A DNA stretch of 49,473 nt from Candidatus Hydrogenedentota bacterium (GCA_045863315.1 BTUX01000003.1:1-49473), one strand, 5' to 3'; positions 1 through 10,000 are shown, numbered from the stretch's first letter. The notes: generated by a model from the letters alone, not told the origin. A program made the numbers and translations.

Positions 1-1740
1 CCGTTCGCGCGCCATGCAGCAGAAATAATCCACAAGGTTCTGCAAGTCTTCGTTGTTCGGGTCTGCGGCGAGTAGCCTTTCCGCCCGCGAAAGGCTCGCG
101 GCCATTGCAAACAGGTCCGAGCCGATGTCAACAAAGCCGGCCAGGATCAGTTGCTCGACTTCGAGCTTGGGCCCAAATTTCGCCATGGTATGGAACATGG
201 TGCGGGCGAGCCGCTTCGCTGTCCGTCCAAGGTATGTGAGGTGGTCCTGATTGCGCAGCGAAAGGTGCTTCACCGCGTAACGGCGCGATGGCGGCAGCCA
301 CGTCTTGGGATACCACGACGCATAAAACGTGAGCGCGTCCCAGAGAAGCTTGCCCTTGCTCCGCTTTTCGCCGGGTGCGGGCTTCATCAGAGGCATGACG
401 CGGCTGACGTGCGTGTCCATCGCCTCGCGCGCGATGAAAAGCTGCATGATTTCGCTCGTGCCCTCGACGATTCGCGCGATGCGCGCGTTCCGCATGGACA
501 TCTCCACCGCCAGCGGCTTCTCGCCGCGTTGGCGCAAGGATTCCGCCGTCTCGAAACCGCGACCGCCACGCACCTGCAACGCGTCGTCCACCAAGCGCCA
601 CGACAGTTCCGTGCAGTAGTATTTCGCCATGGCCGCCTCGAGCCGGATGTCCGCGCCGCCTCGATCGGCCAGGTTGCACGACAGGTCGCTGATCGCCTGC
701 ATCGCAAACGTGCCCGCGGAAATGTCGGCCAATTTCTTGCCCACGGCCTGGTGCTTGCCGATGGGCACGCCCCACTGGACCCGCTCGTTGACCCAATCCC
801 GCAGGTGATGCATCGCCGCCTTGCCGCCCGCGGCGCAAGTGGCCGGTACGGTAAGCCGTCCCGTATTCAGCGTCGTAAACGCGATTTTCAGCCCCTCGCC
901 GGGTTTGCCGATGATGTTCTCGGCGGGAACTTTCACGTTGGTGAACCGCAACAACCCATTCCGAATGCCGCGCACCCCCATGAACCGGCACACGTGGACG
1001 ACTTCGAACCCCGGCGTGTCCGTCTCGACCACAAACGCCGTAATCTGCTTTCGCTCCTTTCCGTTCACCATCTTTGGCGGAGTGACCGCCATGACGATCA
1101 GAATTTCGGCGACGGGTCCGTTCGTGCACCACAACTTCTCGCCATTGAGCAAGTAGAATGTACCGTCTTCTGACGGCGTCGCCGTCAGGCTCATCCGCGC
1201 CGGATCCGAACCTACGCCCGGCTCCGTCAGTGCAAACGCCGAAATCGCCCCCTTGGCCAGCCGCGGCAGGAACCGTTCCTTCTGTTCCTTCGTCCCGAAG
1301 ATCCTGAGCGGCTGCGGCACTCCGATGCTCTGATGCGACGAAATGTAGACGGACGTCGACGCGCAGTAGCTCCCGATGTACGCGACGATGCGATTGTAAT
1401 TCATCTGCGACATGCCGAGACCGCCGTATTCCTTGGGTATCTTGATGCCGAAACAACCGATCTCGGCCAGCGCTTTGAGCGCCTCGCGCGGTACTTCCTG
1501 ATCGCGGTCGACCTTGTTCGGATCGATGTGCTTCTCGAGCACGGCCCGCACCTTCTCCATATACTCGTCGCCGATTCGCTTGTCCTCGGGGTCCTGTTCC
1601 GGGTATGGGCTTATGAGGTCCCAACGAAAATCGCCCTTGAATAACTCGGCCACAAAACTCGGGTGGCTCCACACTTTCTCGCGCGACTCTTCGGCGAGAT
1701 CCATGGCGGCCTGCTTTTCGTGATTGTCGTGAGACTTCAT
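1..1740 (-). CDS. Acyl-CoA dehydrogenase (long form); 3' end runs off the left edge
   Basis: Absent from the ORF track because the stop is outside the window. Manual translation from ATG 1740 gives MKSHDNHEKQAAMDLAEESREKVW..., with ACAD motifs AFALTEPGVGSDPA, YLLNGEKLWCTNG and ARIARIVEGTSEI. GAGGGGAG RBS upstream. Confidence 0.9.
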   Translation of the reverse strand, partial: MKSHDNHEKQAAMDLAEESREKVWSHPSFVAELFKGDFRWDLISPYPEQDPEDKRIGDEYMEKVRAVLEKHIDPNKVDRDQEVPREALKALAEIGCFGIKIPKEYGGLGMSQMNYNRIVAYIGSYCASTSVYISSHQSIGVPQPLRIFGTKEQKERFLPRLAKGAISAFALTEPGVGSDPARMSLTATPSEDGTFYLLNGEKLWCTNGPVAEILIVMAVTPPKMVNGKERKQITAFVVETDTPGFEVVHVCRFMGVRGIRNGLLRFTNVKVPAENIIGKPGEGLKIAFTTLNTGRLTVPATCAAGGKAAMHHLRDWVNERVQWGVPIGKHQAVGKKLADISAGTFAMQAISDLSCNLADRGGADIRLEAAMAKYYCTELSWRLVDDALQVRGGRGFETAESLRQRGEKPLAVEMSMRNARIARIVEGTSEIMQLFIAREAMDTHVSRVMPLMKPAPGEKRSKGKLLWDALTFYASWYPKTWLPPSRRYAVKHLSLRNQDHLTYLGRTAKRLARTMFHTMAKFGPKLEVEQLILAGFVDIGSDLFAMAASLSRAERLLAADPNNEDLQNLVDYFCCMARER

Positions 1741-1849
1741 TGGGCTCCCCTCGTGGTTGAGTCCGCCGACCGGCGGACGCCTTTACCTACTATTCAGTAG
1801 AACCTCCGGCTACACTACAACCCTCACCTTACAAAGTGCTTACGCGGTG

Positions 1850-1878
1850 ATTCTATCCCCGTCCCGCCCTGCTGTCAA
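1850..1878 (-). promoter_or_regulatory. Candidate sigma70 promoter of the acyl-CoA dehydrogenase gene
   Basis: Minus strand TTGACA (1878-1873), 17 bp spacer, TAGAAT (1855-1850). Confidence 0.6.
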
Positions 1879-1898
1879 CCACTTTTCCCAAAATGCAC

Positions 1899-1933
1899 GG
1901 CCGGGGCGGAGCTGCCTGCGCTACGCCCCGGCC
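1899..1933 (-). terminator. GC-rich hairpin downstream of arsM, possible terminator
   Basis: GGCCGGGGCG...CGCCCCGGCC stem ~35 bp after the arsM stop; U-tract weak. Confidence 0.4.
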
Positions 1934-1968
1934 AAACCAACAGGTCTCGCCCACGGGGGCGGCCTGGG

Positions 1969-2922
1969 TCAGTGCCCGCCGCAACATGCAGCGGCCGTCT
2001 CGCTGGCCGGTGTACGCGCGGGTTCCGCGGCAACCGGCTTCACCGCATAGAACTTCGCGCTCCAAATCTTTCCCGCCACGGTCCCGGCCAGAGGAACCAA
2101 CAGCTTCGCGACGGCGACCTGCAGCGGTTTCGCCAATCCGCCCATGAACGACGGCAGAATCCCGCGCACGAACCCTTCGACATGTTCGCGCTCGTATACC
2201 AAGCGTTCGCGCACTTCCACACTCTCGAGCCCCGCTGCCCGAAGCCCCGCAACATACGCCTCCTCGCTGATCGCGCCGCCGATGCACGCCGAATACAGTT
2301 TCATGCTCTTCCGCATCCACCACGGCAGATCCTGCGCCACGATGTCCGACACGCTCATCCGCCCCCCGGGCTTCAGCACGCGCGCAATCTCCGAAAAGAC
2401 CTTCGGCTTGTCCGGTGATAGATTGATCACGCAATTCGAGATCACCCAATCGACCGTGCCTGACTCCACCGGCAGGTCTTCTATGATGCCTTTGCGCACT
2501 TCGACATTGGACGCACCCGCCGCGGCGATGTTCTTTCGCGCGCGCTCGATCATCGCGTCCGTCATGTCCACGCCGATTACGCGCCCGGCGGGTCCCACCT
2601 TCTTCGCGGCGATTAACAAATCAATGCCTGCGCCCGATCCGAGATCAAGCACGACATCACCCTCGCGCACCCCGCTGAACGCCAGCGGATTGCCGCAGCC
2701 AAACGAATTCACCACCGCATCCGCCGGGAGCGCGCTCAGTTCCGCGTCGTCATATCCCGCGGTCCGGACCGTCAACGACTTGGACGACGACGCTCCGCAT
2801 CCCGCGTCCGCCGTCGCCCCGCAACAGCCTCCCGACGCCGGCTGCGACACGGCCTGCGCATACCGTTTCGAGACTTCGCTTCGGACCCGTTCATGCGGAT
2901 CGAGTGTGGTGGCATTGTTCAT
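1969..2922 (-). CDS. arsM: Arsenite S-adenosylmethionine methyltransferase
   Basis: SFGCGNP, SAM motif VLDLGSGAGID, VISNCVINL, SACIGGA, Cys pairs at both ends (GGCCG, ACCGGH). Start placed at MNNATT after a GAGGAGG RBS; downstream of arsR. Confidence 0.9.
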   Translation of the reverse strand: MNNATTLDPHERVRSEVSKRYAQAVSQPASGGCCGATADAGCGASSSKSLTVRTAGYDDAELSALPADAVVNSFGCGNPLAFSGVREGDVVLDLGSGAGIDLLIAAKKVGPAGRVIGVDMTDAMIERARKNIAAAGASNVEVRKGIIEDLPVESGTVDWVISNCVINLSPDKPKVFSEIARVLKPGGRMSVSDIVAQDLPWWMRKSMKLYSACIGGAISEEAYVAGLRAAGLESVEVRERLVYEREHVEGFVRGILPSFMGGLAKPLQVAVAKLLVPLAGTVAGKIWSAKFYAVKPVAAEPARTPASETAAACCGGH

Positions 2923-3265
2923 CGATCGCCTCCTCCTTTGGGCAGCACCGCTCGATGGCATCCGCCATCGCACGCAAGGTAGCCGCCAGTTCATGATACC
3001 TCACCGAGTAGTAGACTTCTTTCCCGCGCTTTTCCGCGCGCAGAATCCCGCAGTCCCGCAGCAGCGCCAGGTGCCGGGATACCACAGAAAGGTCGATGGG
3101 ACAGCACGAGGCGAGCTCCGACACCGTGGATGGTTGCGGAAGCTGTGTGATGCGGGCCAGCAACGCCACTCGCATTGGCTCGCAGAGTGCCTTAAACAGT
3201 TTTGGATTAAGGAGTTGCTCGAGATCACAGCAGGCGCTTGAGCTTATATTGCATATTTGCGTCAT
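2891..3265 (-). CDS. arsR: ArsR/SmtB family transcriptional repressor
   Basis: FKALCEPMRVALL, TVSELA, SVVSRHLALLRDCGIL, KRGKEVYY wHTH signature; several Cys pairs; overlaps the arsM start. Confidence 0.88.
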   Translation of the reverse strand: MTQICNISSSACCDLEQLLNPKLFKALCEPMRVALLARITQLPQPSTVSELASCCPIDLSVVSRHLALLRDCGILRAEKRGKEVYYSVRYHELAATLRAMADAIERCCPKEEAIDEQCHHTRSA

Positions 3266-3300
3266 AATGCAATTATAGCCCCAAGCCAGCCTCCTGTCAA
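3249..3300 (-). promoter_or_regulatory. Consensus sigma70 promoter and probable ArsR operator
   Basis: Minus strand TTGACA (3300-3295), 17 bp, TATAAT (3277-3272). Inverted repeat TTGCAT-N12-ATGCAA at 3249-3272 overlaps the start codon. Confidence 0.75.
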
Positions 3301-3373
3301 GGGGGTGCCTCTTGCCGTTTCACCCGCAAGTCGTCGGACCGGCCTGAAACTCAATCACAACTCAACAGGCTAC

Positions 3374-3568
3374 CCCGCATTTCTCACCAGTCGCCCCCGT
3401 TGACGGGGGCGACTGGTGAGAAATGCTCTGGAAAAAGCATGTGAGTGGTTTTGGTGAGGATTTTTCACACCCACCATCTGTTCTGCCGTGCCGCTCGGCG
3501 ACGATGCATAACGGTGCGCACTGTACCATGTTGTATCCTCCAACGCGCGTGGGTGTGAAAAATCCGGA
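3374..3568 (+). mobile_element. Double-hairpin MITE, copy 1 (subfamily A, 195 bp), target duplication CTAC
   Basis: Ends CCCGCATTTCTCAC ... GTGAAAAATCCGGA; CTAC at 3370-3373 and 3569-3572; near-identical inverted copy at 47789-47984. Confidence 0.85.
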
Positions 3569-3760
3569 CTACCCCTCGCACGTGTCCGTCACGTTCTGTC
3601 CGTCCACTTTTAAGTTGTCGCGCCCGCCCTTCGAGACCCATGAATAGGCCTACGTTGTCTGCTGCAGGGCAAACGCATTTTCCGACAGGACCGGGTTGCG
3701 GCGGACACAACCGTCGTAGTTCTTCCGTGCGCGCTTGCAAGTCGGCGGGAGATGTGTCAA

Positions 3761-3786
3761 TATACTGGACATTGAAGTCCACTTAT
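3761..3786 (+). promoter_or_regulatory. Candidate Rrf2 operator overlapping a -10 box upstream of the porin
   Basis: TATACTGGAC-ATTGAA-GTCCACTTAT; the GGAY-N6-GTCC core recurs at 6090-6103. Confidence 0.5.
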
Positions 3787-3853
3787 GGACACGGGGGCGA
3801 GTGGCCGCCATGGCCGACGGAGCGGGCGGTCACCGTACTGCGGAGGGAGACCC

Positions 3854-5407
3854 ATGAAATACCTGATGGCGATTGGTCTAATGGGGGGGGTGGCGTTGAC
3901 GGCGGCCGCCGAGTTGCAGAACGTAGACGTCGGCGGCGAGATCCGAATCCGGGCCCGGTATTGGCAAAACACGTACGTGACCGGAATCAATGGTCCCGGA
4001 GAAATCCGCATACCGGACTTCTTCGTGCCGAAGCGCGCGATCGGGCCCTTTGGCGTCACGAGCCGCTACGACTGGAACGACGCCGAGAGCGATCTGGATT
4101 TCGTCGAGCAGAGGACCCGCCTGAACGTGCGGGCGGATTTCACGAACGAGGTGGCGGCATTCCTCGAACTCGAATCGTATGACATCTGGGGCGAAGAGTT
4201 CCGCTCGAATTACGTGACGGGCGCCGACGCCAGGGCCAATACGAACAACGATGTGGAAATGTATCAGGCATACATCGAGGCGAGCGAGATCTACGGGCTG
4301 CCCCTTCGCCTTCGAATCGGGCGCCAGGAGCTGAAACTCGGCAAAGGCTGGCTGGTCGACGACATCACGACCGCCATCATCGGCCGCTCGTTCGACGCGG
4401 TCCGGTTGACGTACAGCACCGATACTTTCGACGTTGACGCCTGGTGGAGCAAGCTTGCCGAGGGCGGAGCCGATGAAGAGGACGGCGACATCGACTTTTA
4501 CGGCCTGTATGCCACGTGCAAGGCGTTGGAGGCGCTCCATGCATCTGTCTACTGGCTCTATATTCGCGACGGGCGGAGCTTGAACGACACGAACTTCATA
4601 GCCCCGATCGAATGGCTCGAAGACCTCGTCGGCTTGGACAACTACGATCCCACCGGGATGCACACCGTCGGCGTGCGTCTGTTTGGCGGCGTGGAACGGC
4701 TGGACTACGATCTCGAACTCGCGTATCAGTTCGGCGACGCGGACGCCGTGGGCGTCGGCTTCGCCCCGGCGGGATACCTCTACGGCGATGACGATGCGGA
4801 TTTCGACGCGTGGGCGGGTGATCTCGAGATCGGATACACGATCGACATGGCCTGGCAGCCCCGCGTGTTTGTGGGCGGCGCCTATTTTGAGGGGGAGGAC
4901 AACCGGGACCTCACGTTTTTCGAATGGCTCAACCCATTCCACCGCCCGGAGGCCAGCGTCTCCTTTAATCGCCTCTTCCCGGGAAAACCCTACAGCATGA
5001 TCCTCGAAATCGGGCAGGACATGTCCAACTTCTGGCAGGCGCGCGGCGGCGTGACGGTACATCCCACCGATTCGGTGAGCAGCGGGCTGACGGTGGCGTA
5101 CTTCGGAGTCGACGAGCCGTTTGACGCCCCCGTCACGGTCACGGTAGGCAATTTTAAAATCCCGGTCGCGCCCGCGCTGAGCTTTTGGACGAACGAATCC
5201 GCCGACGACATCGGCGTGTCGACGCACCTGTGGATCAATTACCAGTATTCGGAAGACCTGTATTTCAAGATCGGCTGGGAGCACCTGTTCACGGGGCAGG
5301 GACTCGAAGACGGCAGTTTCATGCACCGGTACGGTCTCGAATTCAGCGGGGGATCGGACGACGACGATGCGGATTACATCTACTTCGACACGGGTCTGAA
5401 GTTCTAG
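3854..5407 (+). CDS. Alginate-export-family outer membrane beta-barrel porin
   Basis: Signal peptide after a GGAGGGAG RBS; GGEIRIRAR, EQRTRLNV, VEMYQAYIE, LRIGRQEL, SFDAVRL strands; C-terminal Phe (YFDTGLKF). Confidence 0.8.
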   Translation: MKYLMAIGLMGGVALTAAAELQNVDVGGEIRIRARYWQNTYVTGINGPGEIRIPDFFVPKRAIGPFGVTSRYDWNDAESDLDFVEQRTRLNVRADFTNEVAAFLELESYDIWGEEFRSNYVTGADARANTNNDVEMYQAYIEASEIYGLPLRLRIGRQELKLGKGWLVDDITTAIIGRSFDAVRLTYSTDTFDVDAWWSKLAEGGADEEDGDIDFYGLYATCKALEALHASVYWLYIRDGRSLNDTNFIAPIEWLEDLVGLDNYDPTGMHTVGVRLFGGVERLDYDLELAYQFGDADAVGVGFAPAGYLYGDDDADFDAWAGDLEIGYTIDMAWQPRVFVGGAYFEGEDNRDLTFFEWLNPFHRPEASVSFNRLFPGKPYSMILEIGQDMSNFWQARGGVTVHPTDSVSSGLTVAYFGVDEPFDAPVTVTVGNFKIPVAPALSFWTNESADDIGVSTHLWINYQYSEDLYFKIGWEHLFTGQGLEDGSFMHRYGLEFSGGSDDDDADYIYFDTGLKF

Positions 5408-5489
5408 CTTAGCGCCGCGGTTTTGAAGGTTATGTTCAAAGGGGGACCTCCGTGCCCGGGCGCGTCCGCGCGCGAACGGAACGGCCAAC

Positions 5490-6047
5490 ATGTTCAAGTT
5501 GTACTCCAAGGGCTGTGAATATGCCTTGCGCGCTCTGTCCTTCGCGGCGATGACCAACGGCGAAGGCCGGTTCAAGACGCGGGAAATCTGCGAGTGGACC
5601 GGAATTCCGGAATCCTACGCGCGAAAGATGTTCCTCGCCCTCGTTCACAGGGGACTGCTGCGGGCCATACGAGGTCCGGGCGGAGGCTACGCGCTGACGC
5701 GATCACCCGGGCGCATTACGTTGCTCGACATCATCCAGGCCGTCGACGGGAAGGACACCTTCGATCACTGCGTGATGGGACTGCAGATTTGCGATTCAGC
5801 GGATCCGTGCCCGCTCCATGAAACCTGGGCGCGCGCAAAGGAGCGACTGCTGGCGCAGCTCCGCCGGCGCACGCTCGAGGACTTGCTGACAGCCTCGGCC
5901 GGGGCAATGTGCCGCCTCGTCTCGACGAGCGCGGGGAAGGACAGGCGACGGTCATGCTCAGGGGTCTGGGGTGGAGGTGCGTCGAGCGAGCGCTCATCAA
6001 ACGAAGGGGACGAGCGCAATCGTCCGGGCGGAAAGAAAAGGGGTTGA
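5490..6047 (+). CDS. Rrf2 family transcriptional regulator (three-Cys, Fe-S-binding type)
   Basis: SKGCEYALRAL, RGPGGGYAL, ITLLDIIQAVDG, and Cys cluster CVMGLQICDSADPCPLH. Confidence 0.88.
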   Translation: MFKLYSKGCEYALRALSFAAMTNGEGRFKTREICEWTGIPESYARKMFLALVHRGLLRAIRGPGGGYALTRSPGRITLLDIIQAVDGKDTFDHCVMGLQICDSADPCPLHETWARAKERLLAQLRRRTLEDLLTASAGAMCRLVSTSAGKDRRRSCSGVWGGGASSERSSNEGDERNRPGGKKRG

Positions 6048-6108
6048 CACGGGCGCCCGAATAATGGATAATGGAGTCTATAATATAGTGGATAAAAAAG
6101 TCCTATAT
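6044..6108 (+). promoter_or_regulatory. Promoter and candidate Rrf2 operator of the nar operon
   Basis: TTGACA (6044-6049), 17 bp, GATAAT (6067-6072); a second TATAAT at 6079; imperfect palindrome TATAGTGGATAAAAAAGTCCTATAT in an AT-rich island. Confidence 0.6.
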
Positions 6109-6174
6109 CAGGCGAGGCTCGAACCCGTCCAGCCCCCTGCAACCGGATCAATCGCACGAGGGAGGAACGCAGAT

Positions 6175-7086
6175 ATGAAAGTGCGCGGCCACTGCAACGG
6201 TCACGGCGCCAGGCGCAGACTTTGGATTGCGCTTCGACCCGGCGTGTGCGTCGCGCTGTGCACGGGCATGCTGGCGGCCCCGCCCGCGGGAACACAGGAA
6301 CCGGAGGGAGCGGCCGCCCCGCAGCCGGAAGCCCCCCAAGCCTTGGCGCCAGCGGTCCCTGAAGAAGTGTCGGCTTCCGCCGAGCCCGAACCGGACCATG
6401 CGGCGCAGTTGTACACCTTGAAGTGCGCAGGCTGTCACACGGTGGGAGGAGGGGCGCTTTCGGGTCCCGATCTGAAGCCGACCCAAACATGGCCTCGCGA
6501 CAATCTCGTCCCTGCAATCCAGCGGATGGAAAAAAATGTGGGCCCCTTGAAGCCGGAGGAGGTCGAGCAGTTGACCGATTTCCTGTTGGCGGCAGACGCG
6601 GCGGCGCGCCTGGTTGAGGAGCGCAAACGAATCAGCCTTCAGCAGGCGGCCAAGCTCGAACCCGCGTCGGCCGCGATAGGAGAAGCCTTGTTCTTTGGCC
6701 GGCAACCGCTGACGAACGGGGGCTTGTCGTGCGCGTCTTGCCACGCCGTCGCGGGCCGGGGCGGCAACCTCGCCAGCGACCTCACGGGCAGTTTTGCCAA
6801 GTTGGGCGAAGTGCCCCTGGGTTCGACCATTGAAAACGCGACGTTTCCCCTGATGCAGGTGGCCTACGCGAACGGTCCGGTCAGCAAGCAGGAAACGGTG
6901 CATCTCGTGAAATATCTGGAAACCGTATCCAAAGAACCGCCCGCGGCGGTCCGCGTGCCGCCCATTCACGGCATCGGCACGGTGGGCGCGGCGGCGATCA
7001 TTGCGCTAATGGGCGTTTCCTACCGCGGTCGGAACCGGGGCGTTCGAGCACGGCTCGTGCAAGCGGCAACGAGGAGAACTTCGTAA
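6175..7086 (+). CDS. narC: Membrane-anchored diheme cytochrome c (NarC-like)
   Basis: Two CxxCH motifs (CAGCH, CASCH), N-terminal export signal, C-terminal TM helix; stop overlaps the narG ATG; GGAGGA RBS. Confidence 0.75.
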   Translation: MKVRGHCNGHGARRRLWIALRPGVCVALCTGMLAAPPAGTQEPEGAAAPQPEAPQALAPAVPEEVSASAEPEPDHAAQLYTLKCAGCHTVGGGALSGPDLKPTQTWPRDNLVPAIQRMEKNVGPLKPEEVEQLTDFLLAADAAARLVEERKRISLQQAAKLEPASAAIGEALFFGRQPLTNGGLSCASCHAVAGRGGNLASDLTGSFAKLGEVPLGSTIENATFPLMQVAYANGPVSKQETVHLVKYLETVSKEPPAAVRVPPIHGIGTVGAAAIIALMGVSYRGRNRGVRARLVQAATRRTS

Positions 7087-10000
7087 TGGGTTGGATCAAG
7101 GACATCTTCGCGCCCAAGCAACGCTCGTGGGAGGAGTTCTACCGGAACCGCTGGTCGCACGACAAGGTGGTGCGCAGCACGCACGGCGTGAATTGCACGG
7201 GCGGCTGCAGTTGGAACATCTACGTCAAGCAGGGCATCGTGACGTGGGAAATGCAGGCGCTGGACTACCCGCGTTTCGACCTCGATATTCCGCCCTACGA
7301 ACCCCGCGGGTGCCAGCGGGGCATCTCGTACTCCTGGTACATCTATAGCCCGCTGCGCGTGAAGTATCCCTATGTCCGCGGCAAACTGCTCGACCTTTGG
7401 CATGCGGCCAAGGAACAGCACCCAAACGATCCCGTTGCCGCGTGGCGCTCCATCGTCAGCGATCCGCAACTTCGCCGCAGCTACCAACAGGCCCGCGGGA
7501 AAGGCGGGCTGCGCCGGGTGTCGTGGGACGAGGTGAACGAACTCATCGCGGCCGCAAACATCCATACCATTCTCGCCCACGGATCGGACCGCATCGTCGG
7601 ATTTTCGCCCATTCCGGCGATGTCCATGATCAGCTATGCGGCCGGCGCGCGCTTCATGCAACTCATCGGCGGCGTGTCGATGTCCTTTTACGACTGGTAC
7701 TGCGATCTGCCGCCGGCGTCGCCTGAAATCTGGGGCGAACAAACGGATGTCGCCGAGAGCGCGGACTGGTTTCACTCGAAGTTCATCGCAACCGTGGGCT
7801 CGAACGTGCTCATGACGAGGACGCCCGACGCGCACTTCCTCGTTGAAGCCCGCCACCGCGGCGCGAAGGTCGTGGTGTTTTCGCCTGACTTCAGCCAGAC
7901 CTCGAAGGTCGCGGACGAATGGATCCCGATACACCAGGGACAGGACGGCGCGTTCTGGATGGCCGTGAACCATGTCCTGTTGAAAGAGTTCTACGTCGAC
8001 CGCAAGGTCGACTACTTTGTGGACTACCTGAAACGATTCACCGATTCGCCCTTCCTCGTCCGATTGGAGGACCAAGGAAACGGCGCGTATCGGCCGGGAT
8101 CGTTCCTGCGGGCATCACACATAGCAAAGACGTCCGCCGAGGACCTCGCGGAATGGAAGATGTTCGTCCTCAATGAAGACACGCACGAACTGCAAATGCC
8201 GAAGGGCACGGTCGGACACCGTTGGCAAAAACAAAAGGGCGAGTGGAACCTCCAACTCGAGGACACGCTGACGGGCGCACCGATAAACCCCGCCCTGTCG
8301 CTCAAGGACTGCGCGGAGGACAGCCTGCCCGTCGAGTTTCGCGACTTTTCGCACTCCACGAACGACAAGGCCTGCCTGCGCAAGGTACCCGCCCGCAAAG
8401 TCGAGACCGCCAACGGTCCGGTGTGGGTGGCGACGACGTTTGACCTGCTGATGGCGCAGCACGGCGTCAACAACGGGCAGCAGGGGGACTATCCAACGGG
8501 ATACGAGGACGATGCGTCACCCTACACGCCCGCGTGGCAGGAACAGTTCACCGGGATCAAGGCCTCGGTGGTAATCAATTTCGCGCGGCAGTGGGGAAAA
8601 ACCGCCGAGCGCACGGAAGGCAAGTGCTCAATCATCATCGGCGCCGGGGCCAACCACTGGTATCACAACAATCTCATCTACCGCGCCTGCATCACCAGTC
8701 TGATGTTGTGCGGTTGCGTCGGCCGCAACGGCGGCGGATGGAACCATTATGTGGGACAGGAAAAGCTCGCGCCGCAGGCGTCGTGGGCCCCCGTCGCGTT
8801 CGGAACGGACTGGGCGGGCCCGCCGCGCATGCAGAACTCGCCTTCGTTCCACTACATTCACTCGGACCAGTGGCGCTACGACCAACCATTCAACGAAATC
8901 TGCGCGGTCGGCGACGAGTCGCATCGCATGGCCTCCGGGCACACGGCGGACAAACAGGCCCTGGCCGTCCGCTGCGGCTGGCTGCCGTTCTTCCCGCAAT
9001 TCACAAAGAGCAATTTCGAGGTCGTTCGTGAAGCCGAATCCGCGGGTGCCAAGACGGCGGACGAGATCATCCAGCACGTGGTCCAGCGGCTGAAGGATCG
9101 CACATTGAAATTTGCCGCGGAAGACCCCGATGCGCCCGAGTGCTGGCCCCGGGTGTGGTACATCTGGCGCGGGAACGCCATCCAGGCCTCGGCAAAAGGC
9201 CACGAGTATTTCCTGAAACATTACCTGGGCACGCACCACAACTCGATTGCCGACGAAGTCGCGGGCGAATTCGTCGAGGATGTCACCTGGCACGACAAGG
9301 TCGAACTCGGGAAGATGGACCTCGTGGTGGACCTCAACTTCCGCATGGACACGTCCGCCCTTTACTCCGACATCGTCCTACCCGCCGCGACCTACTATGA
9401 AAAGGACGACCTGAACTCGACCGACATGCACTCGTTCATCCATCCGCTGCAGGCGGCGGTGCCGCCGTGCTGGGAGTCGAAAAGCGACTGGTGGATATTC
9501 CGCGACATCGCTCGCAAGACGAGCGAACTCGCGCTTCGCTATCTGCCAAAACCTCTCAAGGACCTCGTCGCCACTCCGCTCCTGCACGACACGCCGGCCG
9601 AAGTCGCGCAGCCATCGATCAAGGACTGGGCGAAGGGCGAGTGCGATCCGATTCCGGGTAAGACCATGCCCAACCTGACCGTGGTCGAACGCGACTACAC
9701 CAAGGTGTATCAGAAGTTCATCAGCTTGGGACCCAACTTCCGCAACAAGGGCATCGGCCTTCATGGAACGCTGTACGACGTATCGGACCTGTACGACGAG
9801 TACATGGAAACGCACCCCGTCGAGCGATGGAACGGCGCCCAATACCCCTCGCTGCGGGACGAAAAATCGGTGTGCAACGTCATTCTCCATTTCGCCGCCG
9901 AAACAAACGGCGAGTGTGCGTGGCGGGCATACAAGTCCGAGGCCGAAAAAACCGGTCTCGACCACTCGCATCTGGCGGCGGACACCCGCGCCGTGCGCAT

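Noticed and set aside
128-1672. 514-aa minus ORF and 340-aa plus ORF in the track
   Set aside because: Shadow frames of the acyl-CoA dehydrogenase, which uses another minus frame and was missed because it runs off the edge.
3374-3568. Repeats as a CRISPR array, riboswitch or integron attC site
   Set aside because: Copies are dispersed and carry target duplications; no spacers, cas genes, integrase or known aptamer consensus.
5890-6175. FNR/NarL boxes upstream of nar, and the Rrf2 C-terminal tail as a domain
   Set aside because: No TTGAT-N4-ATCAA seen; the tail is low-complexity and runs into the next promoter.
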